Numbered from the stretch's first letter, positions 47,528-57,336 are shown. The stretch is DNA of 64,000 bases from Bdellovibrionales bacterium (GCA_031426555.1 JANPLN010000042.1:1-64000), one strand, 5' to 3'. The notes: generated from the letters alone by a model not told the origin. Program-made: numbers and translations.

Positions 47528-49390
47528 CTAGCGATACTTTTGTAAAGTTGTTTTCGAAAAAAGAAGTTCCCCAATATATTTTGCTCCAGATTGCGTAACA
47601 TGGTGGGCGTCCTCTGATAGAAGTGCTCCATCAGGGGTATACACAATACAAGTCGACGAGTTTTTGCCGCAGATCATGTCGTGCATGGAAATATAATTCG
47701 CTTTTTTAACATTTTTTTCGAGAGATACTTCGATTTGTAAAAAATCAGCAAAATAATTTCCTCCGAGTGGTTTACGATAGTCTGCATCAGCCTGATTAAA
47801 GTCTCCTATTTTTGCGGTTCCAAAAATCTTTTTTCCAATGACGTAGACGACTGCATCTTTCTTTTTGGGGATGTTCTCAATTGTTTCATCAATTCTTTCC
47901 GCAGCCCACTGCCGCCATGAGCTTGCAAGAAGAATTACATCTGCCTCTTCACTCAGTCTTAAGAATCTCGTTGTAGAATCTTTGGAACAAAGATTTTTAT
48001 CCTCTGATGCAATAAATTGCGTAACGTTCACTTTGCCGTAGTAAATTTGGCAACGTGCAGGAATTGTGTGGGTGAGAATTTCATACCCTGGAAAAGCTTT
48101 ATTTTCAAAAATCATATTCGTTAGATCCTCGGCAAAGCTATCGCCAACAATCAGTAATTTTGGCTGTTGGGTCGAAAATTTTTCTAAATAACTGAACTGT
48201 TCAAATTGTTTCTTTCGGTATACGCTTGTTTTGTAAGGGTCTGGCAGTCGGTGAATGGTGTAATCGGAAAAACGTTGTGGGTGACCGTTTTCCAATGTCA
48301 GATAGTGCGCAATGCCAGCAAGAAGAATGGTTGATGTAATGAAAAATACGAAGACTGACGATTGGGATATCAGTTTTCGATTGCGAAACGGTTGTTCAAT
48401 AAATTTCCAACTCAGGTAGGATAAAATAAACGTTAAAAATATTAGTATGGAAAATTCACTGCAGGAAGGGTGCTCTTTGTATAGCTTTAAGTAGGCAAAA
48501 AGCGGCTGGTGCCATAAGTAGGCACTATAGCTAACAAGTCCAATTGAAACAAAAAAAGTATGAGATAAAAAACGTCCAACCAAGCTTGCAGAATTTGAAC
48601 ATAAAATGATCAAACCAGCACCGCAAGTTGGTATGAGTGTGGTTAAGCCTGGTGTGGGTGTGTGTTTTGAGAATAGAAAAACGGATGCTAAGATAAAAAC
48701 CAGGCCAAATGCTTCCCCGAATTTTAAATACAAGGAGGAAATTTTTGTACTTTTTATCGTTGTCCGATACAGCCCGAGAAAACAGCCAAGTAAAAGTTCC
48801 CAAATACGTCCACGCATTAGAAAAAAATTGGCGTCCATGTTGGAGCGCCAGCCTAATTCTGCCCAAACGAGACCAAGAACAAATAAAATTGAGAGAAGCA
48901 GAGTTAAAAATAATCGAGACCGTTTATAGAGAACAAGCAGAAGAAGTGGAAAAAGAACATAAAATTGTTCCTCTACGCTAAGACTCCATGTGTGGAGCAG
49001 AGGTTTTTCTTCAGCCGTGGCAAGAAAGTAACCAGACTCTTTCCAAAACAAAAGATTTGAACAGAAGGCAAGAACAGCAAGAATGCTTCGTCCAAAATCT
49101 ACAAGTTGGTAGGGAAACATCCACGCCCAAGCAGGAGGTATCGTAGCTAAGATGACAAAGAACAATGCTGGCGATATTCTACGAATTCGACGCTCATAAA
49201 AGTTTAAAATTGTAAAAGAGCCTTTTTGAATTTCTGAAAGTATATTGGACGTTATCAGATATCCACTTATGACAAAAAAAATATCGACGCCGACAAATCC
49301 ACCACCGAAGATCGTAAACCCAGCGTGAAAAAAAATAACCGGAAGAACGGCAATTGCACGGAGGCCGTCGATCTCTCTACGATAAACCAA
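47528..49390 (-). CDS. Acyltransferase-3 + SGNH fusion O-acetyltransferase (OafA/OatA-like)
   Basis: YRREIDGLRAIAV, GVDIFFVISGYLI, HTWSLSVEEQFY, SYSAYLWHQP; SGNH GDSFA and DAHH. Confidence 0.92.
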   Translation of the reverse strand: MVYRREIDGLRAIAVLPVIFFHAGFTIFGGGFVGVDIFFVISGYLITSNILSEIQKGSFTILNFYERRIRRISPALFFVILATIPPAWAWMFPYQLVDFGRSILAVLAFCSNLLFWKESGYFLATAEEKPLLHTWSLSVEEQFYVLFPLLLLVLYKRSRLFLTLLLSILFVLGLVWAELGWRSNMDANFFLMRGRIWELLLGCFLGLYRTTIKSTKISSLYLKFGEAFGLVFILASVFLFSKHTPTPGLTTLIPTCGAGLIILCSNSASLVGRFLSHTFFVSIGLVSYSAYLWHQPLFAYLKLYKEHPSCSEFSILIFLTFILSYLSWKFIEQPFRNRKLISQSSVFVFFITSTILLAGIAHYLTLENGHPQRFSDYTIHRLPDPYKTSVYRKKQFEQFSYLEKFSTQQPKLLIVGDSFAEDLTNMIFENKAFPGYEILTHTIPARCQIYYGKVNVTQFIASEDKNLCSKDSTTRFLRLSEEADVILLASSWRQWAAERIDETIENIPKKKDAVVYVIGKKIFGTAKIGDFNQADADYRKPLGGNYFADFLQIEVSLEKNVKKANYISMHDMICGKNSSTCIVYTPDGALLSEDAHHVTQSGAKYIGELLFSKTTLQKYR

Positions 49391-49455
49391 AAAACCACTC
49401 CATTCGTGTGTACTTCAGACTTATGCCTTCGAATCCACAAGTTAGGCTTTGAGAC

Positions 49456-50247
49456 TTACGAATACAAACGCACATTTTGCGCCGAGTCATTGGCGATGTG
49501 CGTGTCGTTAAGACGCTTGCGAATCACGGCGATCTCATTCGCGCACTTTGGCTGATAAAAATACCACAGATTAAAATAAAAAATATACCAGATGGCCTCG
49601 AGGCCATCTTTAAAAGCTACCTTTTTACCTTCGTCGTAGGTGCGGCCGTAATAGGAAATGGGGACTTCGTAAACTCGAGCAGAGACTTTGCTCACCAGCG
49701 CCGTGATTTCGATCTCCATGCCAAAGCCCTGGGCGGTGAGGCCCATGTCTTTGATGATGTGCGTGCGGAAAGCTTTATAGCCGGTTTCAATATCGGTCAT
49801 GTTGAGGTTTGTTAGCAGGTTGGACAAAAAGGTTAAAAATTTATTAGCCAGGTAATGATAAAAATAAAGCACGCGGGATTCTTTGCGCACTAAAAATCGA
49901 CTGCCATAAACCACATCGGCTCTGCCGCTCAGGATTGGCGCCAGCACCGCGGGGATTTCTTCGGGGTTGTACTCCAAATCGGCATCTTGAATTATACACA
50001 CGTCTCCCGAGGCTTGCTCGAGCGCCGTTTGAATGGCTGCGGTTTTCCCTTTGTTTTTTGCATGAAAAAAAGTTTTCACGCGTGCATGGCTGTAGGTTTT
50101 TAAAAACTCCGTCGTTCCATCGGTGGAGCCATCATCCACCACGATGATCTCCGTGATTTGTTCCACCGCCAATAGCTTTTGAATCACTTGGGGGATGGTG
50201 CGGGATTCATTGTATGCGGCGACAAGAGCGCTAACTGTTAATGGCAT
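49456..50247 (-). CDS. GT2, DPM1-like polyprenol-phosphate glycosyltransferase
   Basis: AYNE, VDDGSTDGT, IQDADLEY, VYGSRF, TDIETGYKAFR, EVPISYYGR. Confidence 0.9.
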   Translation of the reverse strand: MPLTVSALVAAYNESRTIPQVIQKLLAVEQITEIIVVDDGSTDGTTEFLKTYSHARVKTFFHAKNKGKTAAIQTALEQASGDVCIIQDADLEYNPEEIPAVLAPILSGRADVVYGSRFLVRKESRVLYFYHYLANKFLTFLSNLLTNLNMTDIETGYKAFRTHIIKDMGLTAQGFGMEIEITALVSKVSARVYEVPISYYGRTYDEGKKVAFKDGLEAIWYIFYFNLWYFYQPKCANEIAVIRKRLNDTHIANDSAQNVRLYS

Positions 50248-50252
50248 TACAC

Positions 50253-50282
50253 ATGGTAATGAAGGTTTCTGAGATGTGTCAA
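50253..50282 (-). promoter_or_regulatory. Sigma70-like promoter for GT2 (50247), leaderless geometry
   Basis: TTGACA-N18-TACCAT-N5-ATG on the minus strand. Confidence 0.5.
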
Positions 50283-50302
50283 TAAACAGGGGCCAAACTT
50301 CT

Positions 50303-50330
50303 TTGCACCGAGGGAAAGACCTAATAGAAT
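50303..50330 (+). promoter_or_regulatory. Sigma70-like promoter for the DUF1504 gene, leaderless geometry
   Basis: TTGCAC-N16-TAGAAT-N7-ATG; no SD. Confidence 0.45.
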
Positions 50331-50337
50331 AAAACCC

Positions 50338-51645
50338 ATGAATCCAACATCGCTCGAACTTATAGCCACTGTCCTCTTCGGGATCGCCATTTTGCACACC
50401 TTTTCGGTGGGATACTTTCAGAAGTGGGCCCATAAATTCCCCAGTGGCTCTGTTGGCGAAAACCTCTGTCATATGTTGGGCGAAGTGGAAGCCGTCTTTG
50501 GAATTTGGGCGGCGGTGTTTATCGCCTGTTACGGTTTCATCGACGGCTTTGCCGTCTATGACGGAAACCACGCTGTGGCGGGAGCGCTTCACTATCTCGA
50601 ATCAAAAAACTTCACCGAGCCGCTATTTGTTTTTGTGATCATGTGCATGGCGGGAACTAGGCCCATTGTGATGTTGGCAGAGACCTGTATCGAACTGGCT
50701 TCGAAGATTCTCCCGCTGCCGCGAAAGATGGCGTTTTATATTTCGGCGCTGGTGTTGGGGCCCATTCTTGGCTCCTTTATCACCGAGCCTGCCGCCATGA
50801 CTGTGACGGCTTTGATCTTACTGAACCTCTTTTTTAAGCAGCCCATGTCGGAGCGTTTTAAATACGCCACCATCGGTTTACTTTTCGTTAACGTCTCGGT
50901 GGGTGGAACTCTCACCCATTTTGCAGCACCGCCTGTATTGATGGTGGCCTCTAAGTACGGTTGGGGTGTGGAGCATATGCTTTTTAATTTTGGCTGGAAG
51001 GCCATCGTTGCCATTTTACTTTCTACCGCTCTTTACGCTGTGATTTTTCGCAAGGAGCTTTCTAAGCCCTTGCCAAAGTTCAAATCCACGAAGAGCCTGA
51101 TGGCCCCCCCGTGGTGGTTGTACGTTTTGCATTTAATTTTCTTAGGCGTCGTCGTTTTAACCGCTCATCACGCCGTATTCTTTATTGGCGTATTCTTGTT
51201 TTTCGTCGGCTTCGTCAATGTGACAAAAGAATATCAGGACGAGCTCAAACTGAAAGAGTCGTTGATGGTCGGATTTTTTCTCGCAGGCCTCGTTGTATTA
51301 GGCTCCATGCAAAAATGGTGGCTGCAGGAATTACTCCTCAGCATGAGCGACCTGACGCTTTATTTCGGCGCCACAGCATTAACTGCCATAACTGACAACG
51401 CCGCACTAACGTATCTGGGCTCGCTGGTAAATTTGTCAGAAACTGCAAAGTACTACCTCGTCGCCGGCGCAGTCTCCGGCGGTGGACTCACAGTCATCGC
51501 CAACGCTCCCAACCCCGCAGGATATGGAATCTTGAAAGAAGCATTCAAAGACGGCTCCATCAGCCCATTGATGCTTTTTATAGCAGCAGTACCGCCGACA
51601 GTAATTGTTTGTCTGTGTTACCTTTTTCTGCCATCGTTTACTTAA
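50338..51645 (+). CDS. Putative Na+/H+ antiporter (DUF1504 family)
   Basis: LHTF, LGEVEAVFGIWA, FTEPLFV, GSFITEPAAMT, FAAPPVLMVA, TDNAALTYL, GGGLTVIANAPNPAG. Confidence 0.88.
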   Translation: MNPTSLELIATVLFGIAILHTFSVGYFQKWAHKFPSGSVGENLCHMLGEVEAVFGIWAAVFIACYGFIDGFAVYDGNHAVAGALHYLESKNFTEPLFVFVIMCMAGTRPIVMLAETCIELASKILPLPRKMAFYISALVLGPILGSFITEPAAMTVTALILLNLFFKQPMSERFKYATIGLLFVNVSVGGTLTHFAAPPVLMVASKYGWGVEHMLFNFGWKAIVAILLSTALYAVIFRKELSKPLPKFKSTKSLMAPPWWLYVLHLIFLGVVVLTAHHAVFFIGVFLFFVGFVNVTKEYQDELKLKESLMVGFFLAGLVVLGSMQKWWLQELLLSMSDLTLYFGATALTAITDNAALTYLGSLVNLSETAKYYLVAGAVSGGGLTVIANAPNPAGYGILKEAFKDGSISPLMLFIAAVPPTVIVCLCYLFLPSFT

Positions 51646-51664
51646 CAAATCCCCAGGAGGAAAT

Positions 51665-52156
51665 ATGAAGTTTTTAGTGATGATGTTGATTGCGGTAATG
51701 GCTGTATCTTGTGCGCACAAACACGATGGAAAATGCCATGACGGTGCGAAGATGGAGTGCGGTCACGATAAAGATAAAACAGCAAATAAAGATGGTGAGT
51801 GTTCTGCGTGCGATGCTCATAAAGACCACGGCGCAGGCCATGGAGATGCTGCAACTCACGGACATGATCACAGCGCCATGGAAACTCCGGCCGCGGTGAT
51901 GATGAGCGATAAAGTGACACAACAAATGTCGCAAGAAGAGTTCACAAAAATGTACACAAAAAACAAAACCAAACTTGGCAAAAGCTGCACCAATCCAGCC
52001 ATGAGCTACTGCGGGAAAACCACTAAAGACATGATGGTTTCAGAAACCGAAGCGAGCTGCCTGTACACCAAAGTTTTTCGCGCCACTCGCGAGTCCTTGC
52101 CCGAGCTTGATGGCACCTCGTGCGCAAAAATGATTAAGGGCTTTGTTAAAAAATAA
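51665..52156 (+). CDS. His/Cys-rich lipoprotein, hypothetical
   Basis: GGAGG SD; signal peptide with lipobox MAVSC; His-rich N-terminal half with CSAC; 4-Cys C-terminal domain. Confidence 0.75.
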   Translation: MKFLVMMLIAVMAVSCAHKHDGKCHDGAKMECGHDKDKTANKDGECSACDAHKDHGAGHGDAATHGHDHSAMETPAAVMMSDKVTQQMSQEEFTKMYTKNKTKLGKSCTNPAMSYCGKTTKDMMVSETEASCLYTKVFRATRESLPELDGTSCAKMIKGFVKK

Positions 52157-52182
52157 GATCCTAAGAAGTCATATCCGCTTGT

Positions 52183-52216
52183 AGTAGAAGGGTGGCTGCA
52201 AAACTGCCCTTTACTT
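52183..52216 (+). terminator. Possible intrinsic terminator hairpin
   Basis: AGTAGAAGGGTGG / CTGCCCTTTACT stem with G-U pairs; weak U tract. Confidence 0.35.
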
Positions 52217-52347
52217 CGCTTGTATTCGTTACACCCCTAGCTGATAACTCTATCGACAGGTCTGTCATTTTTTCCAACTCTCTGTAAATACTGTATTATC
52301 AACGTTAAATCCCTTAATTTAATCCGAACTAATAATAGGGGTTTGTT

Positions 52348-53205
52348 ATGAATGTATTGGGGTTTCTTTTTGTTATTCTATTTTCAATATCTGGCCATGC
52401 GATGCAGTGCCAAGATCTATTTGTGAAGCCAGTGAGCGAGCAAAGTTTCGAATCCCTCCCCGAAAATTTTACCCAAATGAATATCAACGAGCGCTTGGAA
52501 ACTCTCGACTACATGACCATTTATCTCAAGGGTGCGCTTTCTCAAAATCCTCAACCAGGCTTTTTGGGTCGCTACCTCTCTCGCGATGGAGCGCAACAAA
52601 ACCGTGAGCATCTTCGGCTCCGCAAACTTTACGCCGAAGCTAAAAAGCTGAAAGATAATTATCATGTGGTGCAAAGCCTTTTACACGGCGAAGTTAAACG
52701 TCACGAGCTTGAAAGAGGCGACGAGATTCAGTTGTTAAATCGCTTGATGGAAGATTCGGAAGTTCTCAACGCTCTTAAATTTTTAAATCAACGTCAGCTC
52801 GATTTGCACGGGTCGGATAAATTGGAACAATATTTTATCGATTCCGTGGTGATGTATCTGGCTTGGGGTCCAAATCCAAAATTGTTCCCGGTGGCCATCA
52901 ACCATTGGCTGATCTTTGATATTTTTCTAGGTCACGAAGATCCTAAATACATGATCGTCGTGTCCCATCGCTTTCGCGATGGCGCAAAAATGTATCGAAG
53001 TGAAAAAGAGGGTTTAACTCCCAACGAAGCGGCCATCGAAGATTATCGTTTGCTCGCACAAGATCCAGTTTTGGACATGATTGAAAAAACAGAACAAAAG
53101 AGCCCGCACATTATCGATCGCTTGATCGAGCAAGAAATTGATAAAGGACACCTTATTTACGATGACTCCACTGGTGCCTTACGTATTGTCGATGAGTCGC
53201 TTTAA
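52348..53205 (+). CDS. Hypothetical secreted protein
   Basis: Signal peptide (..SGHA) followed by MQCQDLF; no recognisable domain. Confidence 0.65.
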   Translation: MNVLGFLFVILFSISGHAMQCQDLFVKPVSEQSFESLPENFTQMNINERLETLDYMTIYLKGALSQNPQPGFLGRYLSRDGAQQNREHLRLRKLYAEAKKLKDNYHVVQSLLHGEVKRHELERGDEIQLLNRLMEDSEVLNALKFLNQRQLDLHGSDKLEQYFIDSVVMYLAWGPNPKLFPVAINHWLIFDIFLGHEDPKYMIVVSHRFRDGAKMYRSEKEGLTPNEAAIEDYRLLAQDPVLDMIEKTEQKSPHIIDRLIEQEIDKGHLIYDDSTGALRIVDESL

Positions 53206-53220
53206 AACATTTCTTCAAAA

Positions 53221-54192
53221 TCAATGACGTGTGAGGTAGCGCTCCGCACGCTGATCAATAATAAGGTCTGGAGCTCCAGAGTCTCTAAAGGCTCTGGGAA
53301 GGTATTTTTGGGTGTCGAAAAAGCGCATGTATACGATTTTACGAAAGTACGGAGCTAAATAAAACTGCAACTTGTCGCTAAAAGAATCTCGTACAACCCA
53401 AATCACTTTTTGCGCCGAGTGGTTTTCGTAGACGACATAATTTCCATCCGAAATAACAGGAATCTGGCAGCAGGCACCTTGCAGATTCACTTTTAGGTGA
53501 GGCCGCGACACTTCTTCAAAGCCGATGATTTTATCCAACCCGTTTAACATTAAAAAGATATCGTGCGGATTCTGCCGCGCAAGGACTTCTTCCCTCGGTG
53601 GCAGCGGCACTGTTTGCGTTGCTAAGAGGTTGTCGACGGCTTTGAGAATGGCAAGATGTGCGGTGTACGCCCCCCAATCGTTCCAATGGGTGTCGGTGGC
53701 GTGGTACAACTGGCGTTCGCCCTTAGCGCGGAGAAGCGGCTCGTACAGCGAAAGGACGTGAGGTTCTAATTCTTTGGCAGCGGCAAGAATTTGCTGCAGA
53801 TATTTATTTTCGGCGGGACGGTAGTCTGCAAATAAGTAGTTGGTGAATTCGAGGTACACGGTTTCTTTGTTGGGAGCAATTACCAAAAGGTACTTGGCCG
53901 CGAAACCGTAGGGCGCCTTTACAAATTGGCGAATTCGCTGGGCGCTTTCTTGAATTGTGACGGGGAAGGAAACGCCCCAAAAATCCTCCCAAGCAGTGCC
54001 ATCACTTTTGTTAAAATAAAACAGCCAACCGTCTCGCCCCAGATGAACATTGCCGGTATTTGTGTGGTGCAAGACGTTGACTTGCCAGAGAGCGTTTAAA
54101 TTATAAGCCTGCTCGCGCAGATAGCCTTTTACCGAAAACACTCCGGGGGCTGCAATCAGAAAAAAATAAATAAAGACCAGAAACTTTTTCAT
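53221..54192 (-). CDS. AlgJ/AlgX-like SGNH O-acetyltransferase partner
   Basis: N-terminal TM; GRDGWLF, APNKETVY, TDTHWNDWGAY (DxHW), RDSF. Confidence 0.85.
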   Translation of the reverse strand: MKKFLVFIYFFLIAAPGVFSVKGYLREQAYNLNALWQVNVLHHTNTGNVHLGRDGWLFYFNKSDGTAWEDFWGVSFPVTIQESAQRIRQFVKAPYGFAAKYLLVIAPNKETVYLEFTNYLFADYRPAENKYLQQILAAAKELEPHVLSLYEPLLRAKGERQLYHATDTHWNDWGAYTAHLAILKAVDNLLATQTVPLPPREEVLARQNPHDIFLMLNGLDKIIGFEEVSRPHLKVNLQGACCQIPVISDGNYVVYENHSAQKVIWVVRDSFSDKLQFYLAPYFRKIVYMRFFDTQKYLPRAFRDSGAPDLIIDQRAERYLTRH

Positions 54193-54195
54193 TTG

Positions 54196-55563
54196 TTAAA
54201 ACCTAAAGTAGATAAAAGGGTTGTACTCTTGGCCACAGAGAAAGATGCAGGAAATCAAAAAGACACTCATAGACCAGAGGTGGCTCTGGCAATCTAGTTT
54301 GTAAACCACCGGTGTACAAAATAAAACAGCTATTAAAAAATAAACGTAGAAATGCGGGGTGGAAACGAATTGCAAAGTGTCGTTGGAGATCAAATGACCG
54401 TGCAAGCCGGCCATACTTGAGTACATGGCGCAGATTTGCGCAAACGATTCTGCGCGAAAAATAACCCAACTCAAAACAATCACAAGCAAGGCGTAGGTGT
54501 GCTGAAGCCACTGCGGAAAGTGAAAATTCATTTTTTTGCCCAAGATTCTTTCGCAGATCAAAAAGAATCCGTGGTAACAACCCCAAAGAAGAAACGTCAC
54601 ATTGGCCCCATGCCAAACTCCACAAAGAATAAACACCAGCATGAGATTTCGATACTCTTTAAAAACTCCCTGTTTGTTGCCTCCGAGGGGAATATACAAG
54701 TAATCGCGAAACCAAAGAGACAGCGTGATGTGCCAGCGGCGCCAAAACTCTTTTATACTTCGGGCTAAATAGGGAGCATTAAAGTTTTCTGGAAGAACAA
54801 TGCCGAACATTTTTGCGAGACCCACGGCCATGTCGGAGTATCCCGAAAAATCAAAATAAATTTGCAGGGTATAAGTACAGGCGGCCACCCACGCGAGAGT
54901 GGTATCCAAGCGGCTACTGTCCAATGTAAAAAGCATGTCGGCGTAGTAACCAAGGGGATTGGCGATGATGACTTTTTTTCCAAGTCCCAGCGAAAACCGT
55001 CGAAAACCCTCGGCAACCTGTTCCCAGCTATGGGTTCGGTTTTCTAATTGGTTTTTAAGATCCACATATCGAATGATAGGCCCCGCCACCAGGTGGGGAA
55101 AAAAGGTAATAAAGGCCCAGTAATCAATAAAGCGGCGCGTGGCTTTGATATGCCCTCTGTACACGTCGATGATATAGCTCATGGATTCGAAAGTATAAAA
55201 ACTGATGCCAATGGGGAGCGCGATGTTTATGTACGGCGTGTATTTAAAAAAGACGAGCAACCCCATGTTCGAAACAATAGATATCAGCAATAAATAAAAA
55301 AGAAATTTTGCATTGGGCGCCGGTTTTTTTTGCTCGGCGTCCATGAGCAAGGCGATACAATAGTCAGTAAGCCCCACCACGAGCATCACCCAAAAGAATT
55401 TTTTTTCTCCAGTTATATAAAAATCCACGCTCGCAGCGAACAGAACAAAATTGAGGGCATTAAAAACTGAGCGCTTGTTTTTAAAAATCGCATGTGTGGC
55501 AAAGTAGAGCGCCAACACAATGGGCAAAAAGCTAAAAATAAATGCCAGCGAACTAAAAACCAT
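54196..55563 (-). CDS. MBOAT O-acyltransferase (AlgI/DltB family)
   Basis: LPIGISFYTF, FFPHLVAGPIIRY, QIYFDFSGYSDMA, FWRRWHITLS.WFRDYLYIPLGGN, GVWHGA. Confidence 0.93.
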   Translation of the reverse strand: MVFSSLAFIFSFLPIVLALYFATHAIFKNKRSVFNALNFVLFAASVDFYITGEKKFFWVMLVVGLTDYCIALLMDAEQKKPAPNAKFLFYLLLISIVSNMGLLVFFKYTPYINIALPIGISFYTFESMSYIIDVYRGHIKATRRFIDYWAFITFFPHLVAGPIIRYVDLKNQLENRTHSWEQVAEGFRRFSLGLGKKVIIANPLGYYADMLFTLDSSRLDTTLAWVAACTYTLQIYFDFSGYSDMAVGLAKMFGIVLPENFNAPYLARSIKEFWRRWHITLSLWFRDYLYIPLGGNKQGVFKEYRNLMLVFILCGVWHGANVTFLLWGCYHGFFLICERILGKKMNFHFPQWLQHTYALLVIVLSWVIFRAESFAQICAMYSSMAGLHGHLISNDTLQFVSTPHFYVYFLIAVLFCTPVVYKLDCQSHLWSMSVFLISCIFLCGQEYNPFIYFRF

Positions 55564-55595
55564 GAATTGGGTTTAGCAAGCTTACAGTGATAAGT

Positions 55596-57236
55596 CTATT
55601 TGCTCTGCTGGATCAAACGGTTCAATAGCGGCCCTTCAATGGTGAGCACCGCGGACTTCGGTAAGCCTTTGCGGTCGGGCCAGGTGCTGGTGGGGTTTTG
55701 CGGATCGGTGGTCGTGGCCCCGGGGTGCTGAACGCATAAAAATAACGTTTTATAATCGTCGGCAAACATGGGTCCCGTAAACTCGGCATCCACCGGCGCT
55801 GTGGCCACGCGGTAAGCTTTTCCTGCAAACTCTCCGCGCAGTGGTACGTAAAACAAACTGTTGTTTCCGCAACCTTTATAGGGCCCCTTGTGGTTGTCCT
55901 CGTCGGCGATGTCGCTGGTTACCCAAAGATTTCCATTTTTATCAAACACCATATTATCTGGACAGGCGATGCCTGACTCTGGGCCGCCGCTCATCCACGT
56001 GCTGGCGGTAAATTCCAGGGACTCACAGTCGTTGTCTTTTTCGGAAATTTTTAAAAGGGCGCCGTAAAAGTTTTTGCGATCGTAATTATTTGTCAGCGCC
56101 ACAAAAACATCGCCGGTGAGCGGATCGATTTCGATATCCTCGGGGCGATCTTGCGGAGTACCGCCGGCCAGTGTGGCGGCCAAGCGCGTGTAGGTGAGCA
56201 CGTCGGTTTGCGAATCAAAATGCGGTTTTAAAAGTGGATTTTGTTTTAAATCCAAAGGCAGCCAACGGCCTTTTACAGTGTCGGCCACATAAAGCGTTCC
56301 CGCCTCCAAAGACCCCGGTTTGTTGCCAATAAATTTAAACAAGAAGCCCGATCTGCGATCTTCGCCCATGTACACCACAGGTTTTTTACTTTTGCTCAAT
56401 TTAACTGTCGCGCATTCGTGTTCAAAACGGCCTAGAGCCACGCGTTTGACGGCTTTGCCGGTAAAAGGCTCAATCTCCACCACCCAACCGTAATGCTCGG
56501 GGGGGAGGGGAAAGTGATCAAACCAGCGGTATTTATCCACCGGTACAAACTGGCGGTTTTTATTTTCGAAAGTGGCGTCGCCGTAAACGTTGTCGTAGTT
56601 TTCTTCGCAGGTAAGAACCGTTCCCCACGGTGTTTGCCCGCCCGCGCAGTTCATCAGGGTGCCAATGGCCACATCGGAGCCAAAAATTTTATAACCTTTT
56701 TGAAACGGAATGGGCGTGCGCGCGGTGATGCGACGGTTGTACTTGGAGGATGGAATCCAGCTCCAGCCGTTGTCGGTTTTTTTAATATGCAACAGCGAAC
56801 AGCCCATGGACAGCTGCTCTTTCACAACTTCTGCGCGCGTGCGCTTTCCGTCTTCGATCTTGCGACCATGCATAAGCACCGGGTGCATGTACTCGTGATT
56901 GACGAGCAAAACACCCTCGTCGGTTTTTCCAGGCAAGAGAGTGAGTGCGAGAAAATCATTGTGCGTGCCAAAGGTGTCGCGCTCGCTGATGGCGTCGTTG
57001 TACTTAATAAATATTTTTGCGGAAAGGCCGTCTGCTAAGGAGACGTCGTCTTTGTTGCTGGGCTTCAACAGGGGGAACGGAGACTTGGACGTCGAACTGA
57101 ATGGCGAACTCGTTGACGCGCAAGACAGCGTGCTAGCAAGAGGCAATAGCGACCCCGCCAGAGGAAGAAGGGAACTGGAGGCAGAAACGCGCCCCATAAA
57201 CTGTATAAAATCTCTGCGGTCGGTTTTGTTTGTCAT
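55596..57236 (-). CDS. phoX: PhoX-family alkaline phosphatase (DUF839), Tat-exported
   Basis: DRRDFIQF Tat motif; VNHEY, NCAGGQTPWGTVLTCEEN, GRFEHE, DRPED, PDN, EFTGP, VQHPG. Confidence 0.92.
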   Translation of the reverse strand: MTNKTDRRDFIQFMGRVSASSSLLPLAGSLLPLASTLSCASTSSPFSSTSKSPFPLLKPSNKDDVSLADGLSAKIFIKYNDAISERDTFGTHNDFLALTLLPGKTDEGVLLVNHEYMHPVLMHGRKIEDGKRTRAEVVKEQLSMGCSLLHIKKTDNGWSWIPSSKYNRRITARTPIPFQKGYKIFGSDVAIGTLMNCAGGQTPWGTVLTCEENYDNVYGDATFENKNRQFVPVDKYRWFDHFPLPPEHYGWVVEIEPFTGKAVKRVALGRFEHECATVKLSKSKKPVVYMGEDRRSGFLFKFIGNKPGSLEAGTLYVADTVKGRWLPLDLKQNPLLKPHFDSQTDVLTYTRLAATLAGGTPQDRPEDIEIDPLTGDVFVALTNNYDRKNFYGALLKISEKDNDCESLEFTASTWMSGGPESGIACPDNMVFDKNGNLWVTSDIADEDNHKGPYKGCGNNSLFYVPLRGEFAGKAYRVATAPVDAEFTGPMFADDYKTLFLCVQHPGATTTDPQNPTSTWPDRKGLPKSAVLTIEGPLLNRLIQQSK

Positions 57237-57336
57237 GCAAATATTATCAGTGACGGCGTTATCTGAAGGCAAGTCTGGATATGGTTTGATGTAAGAGGTT
57301 CATGGTGTTAATTCGGCACTCTCATCGGGGTGAACA

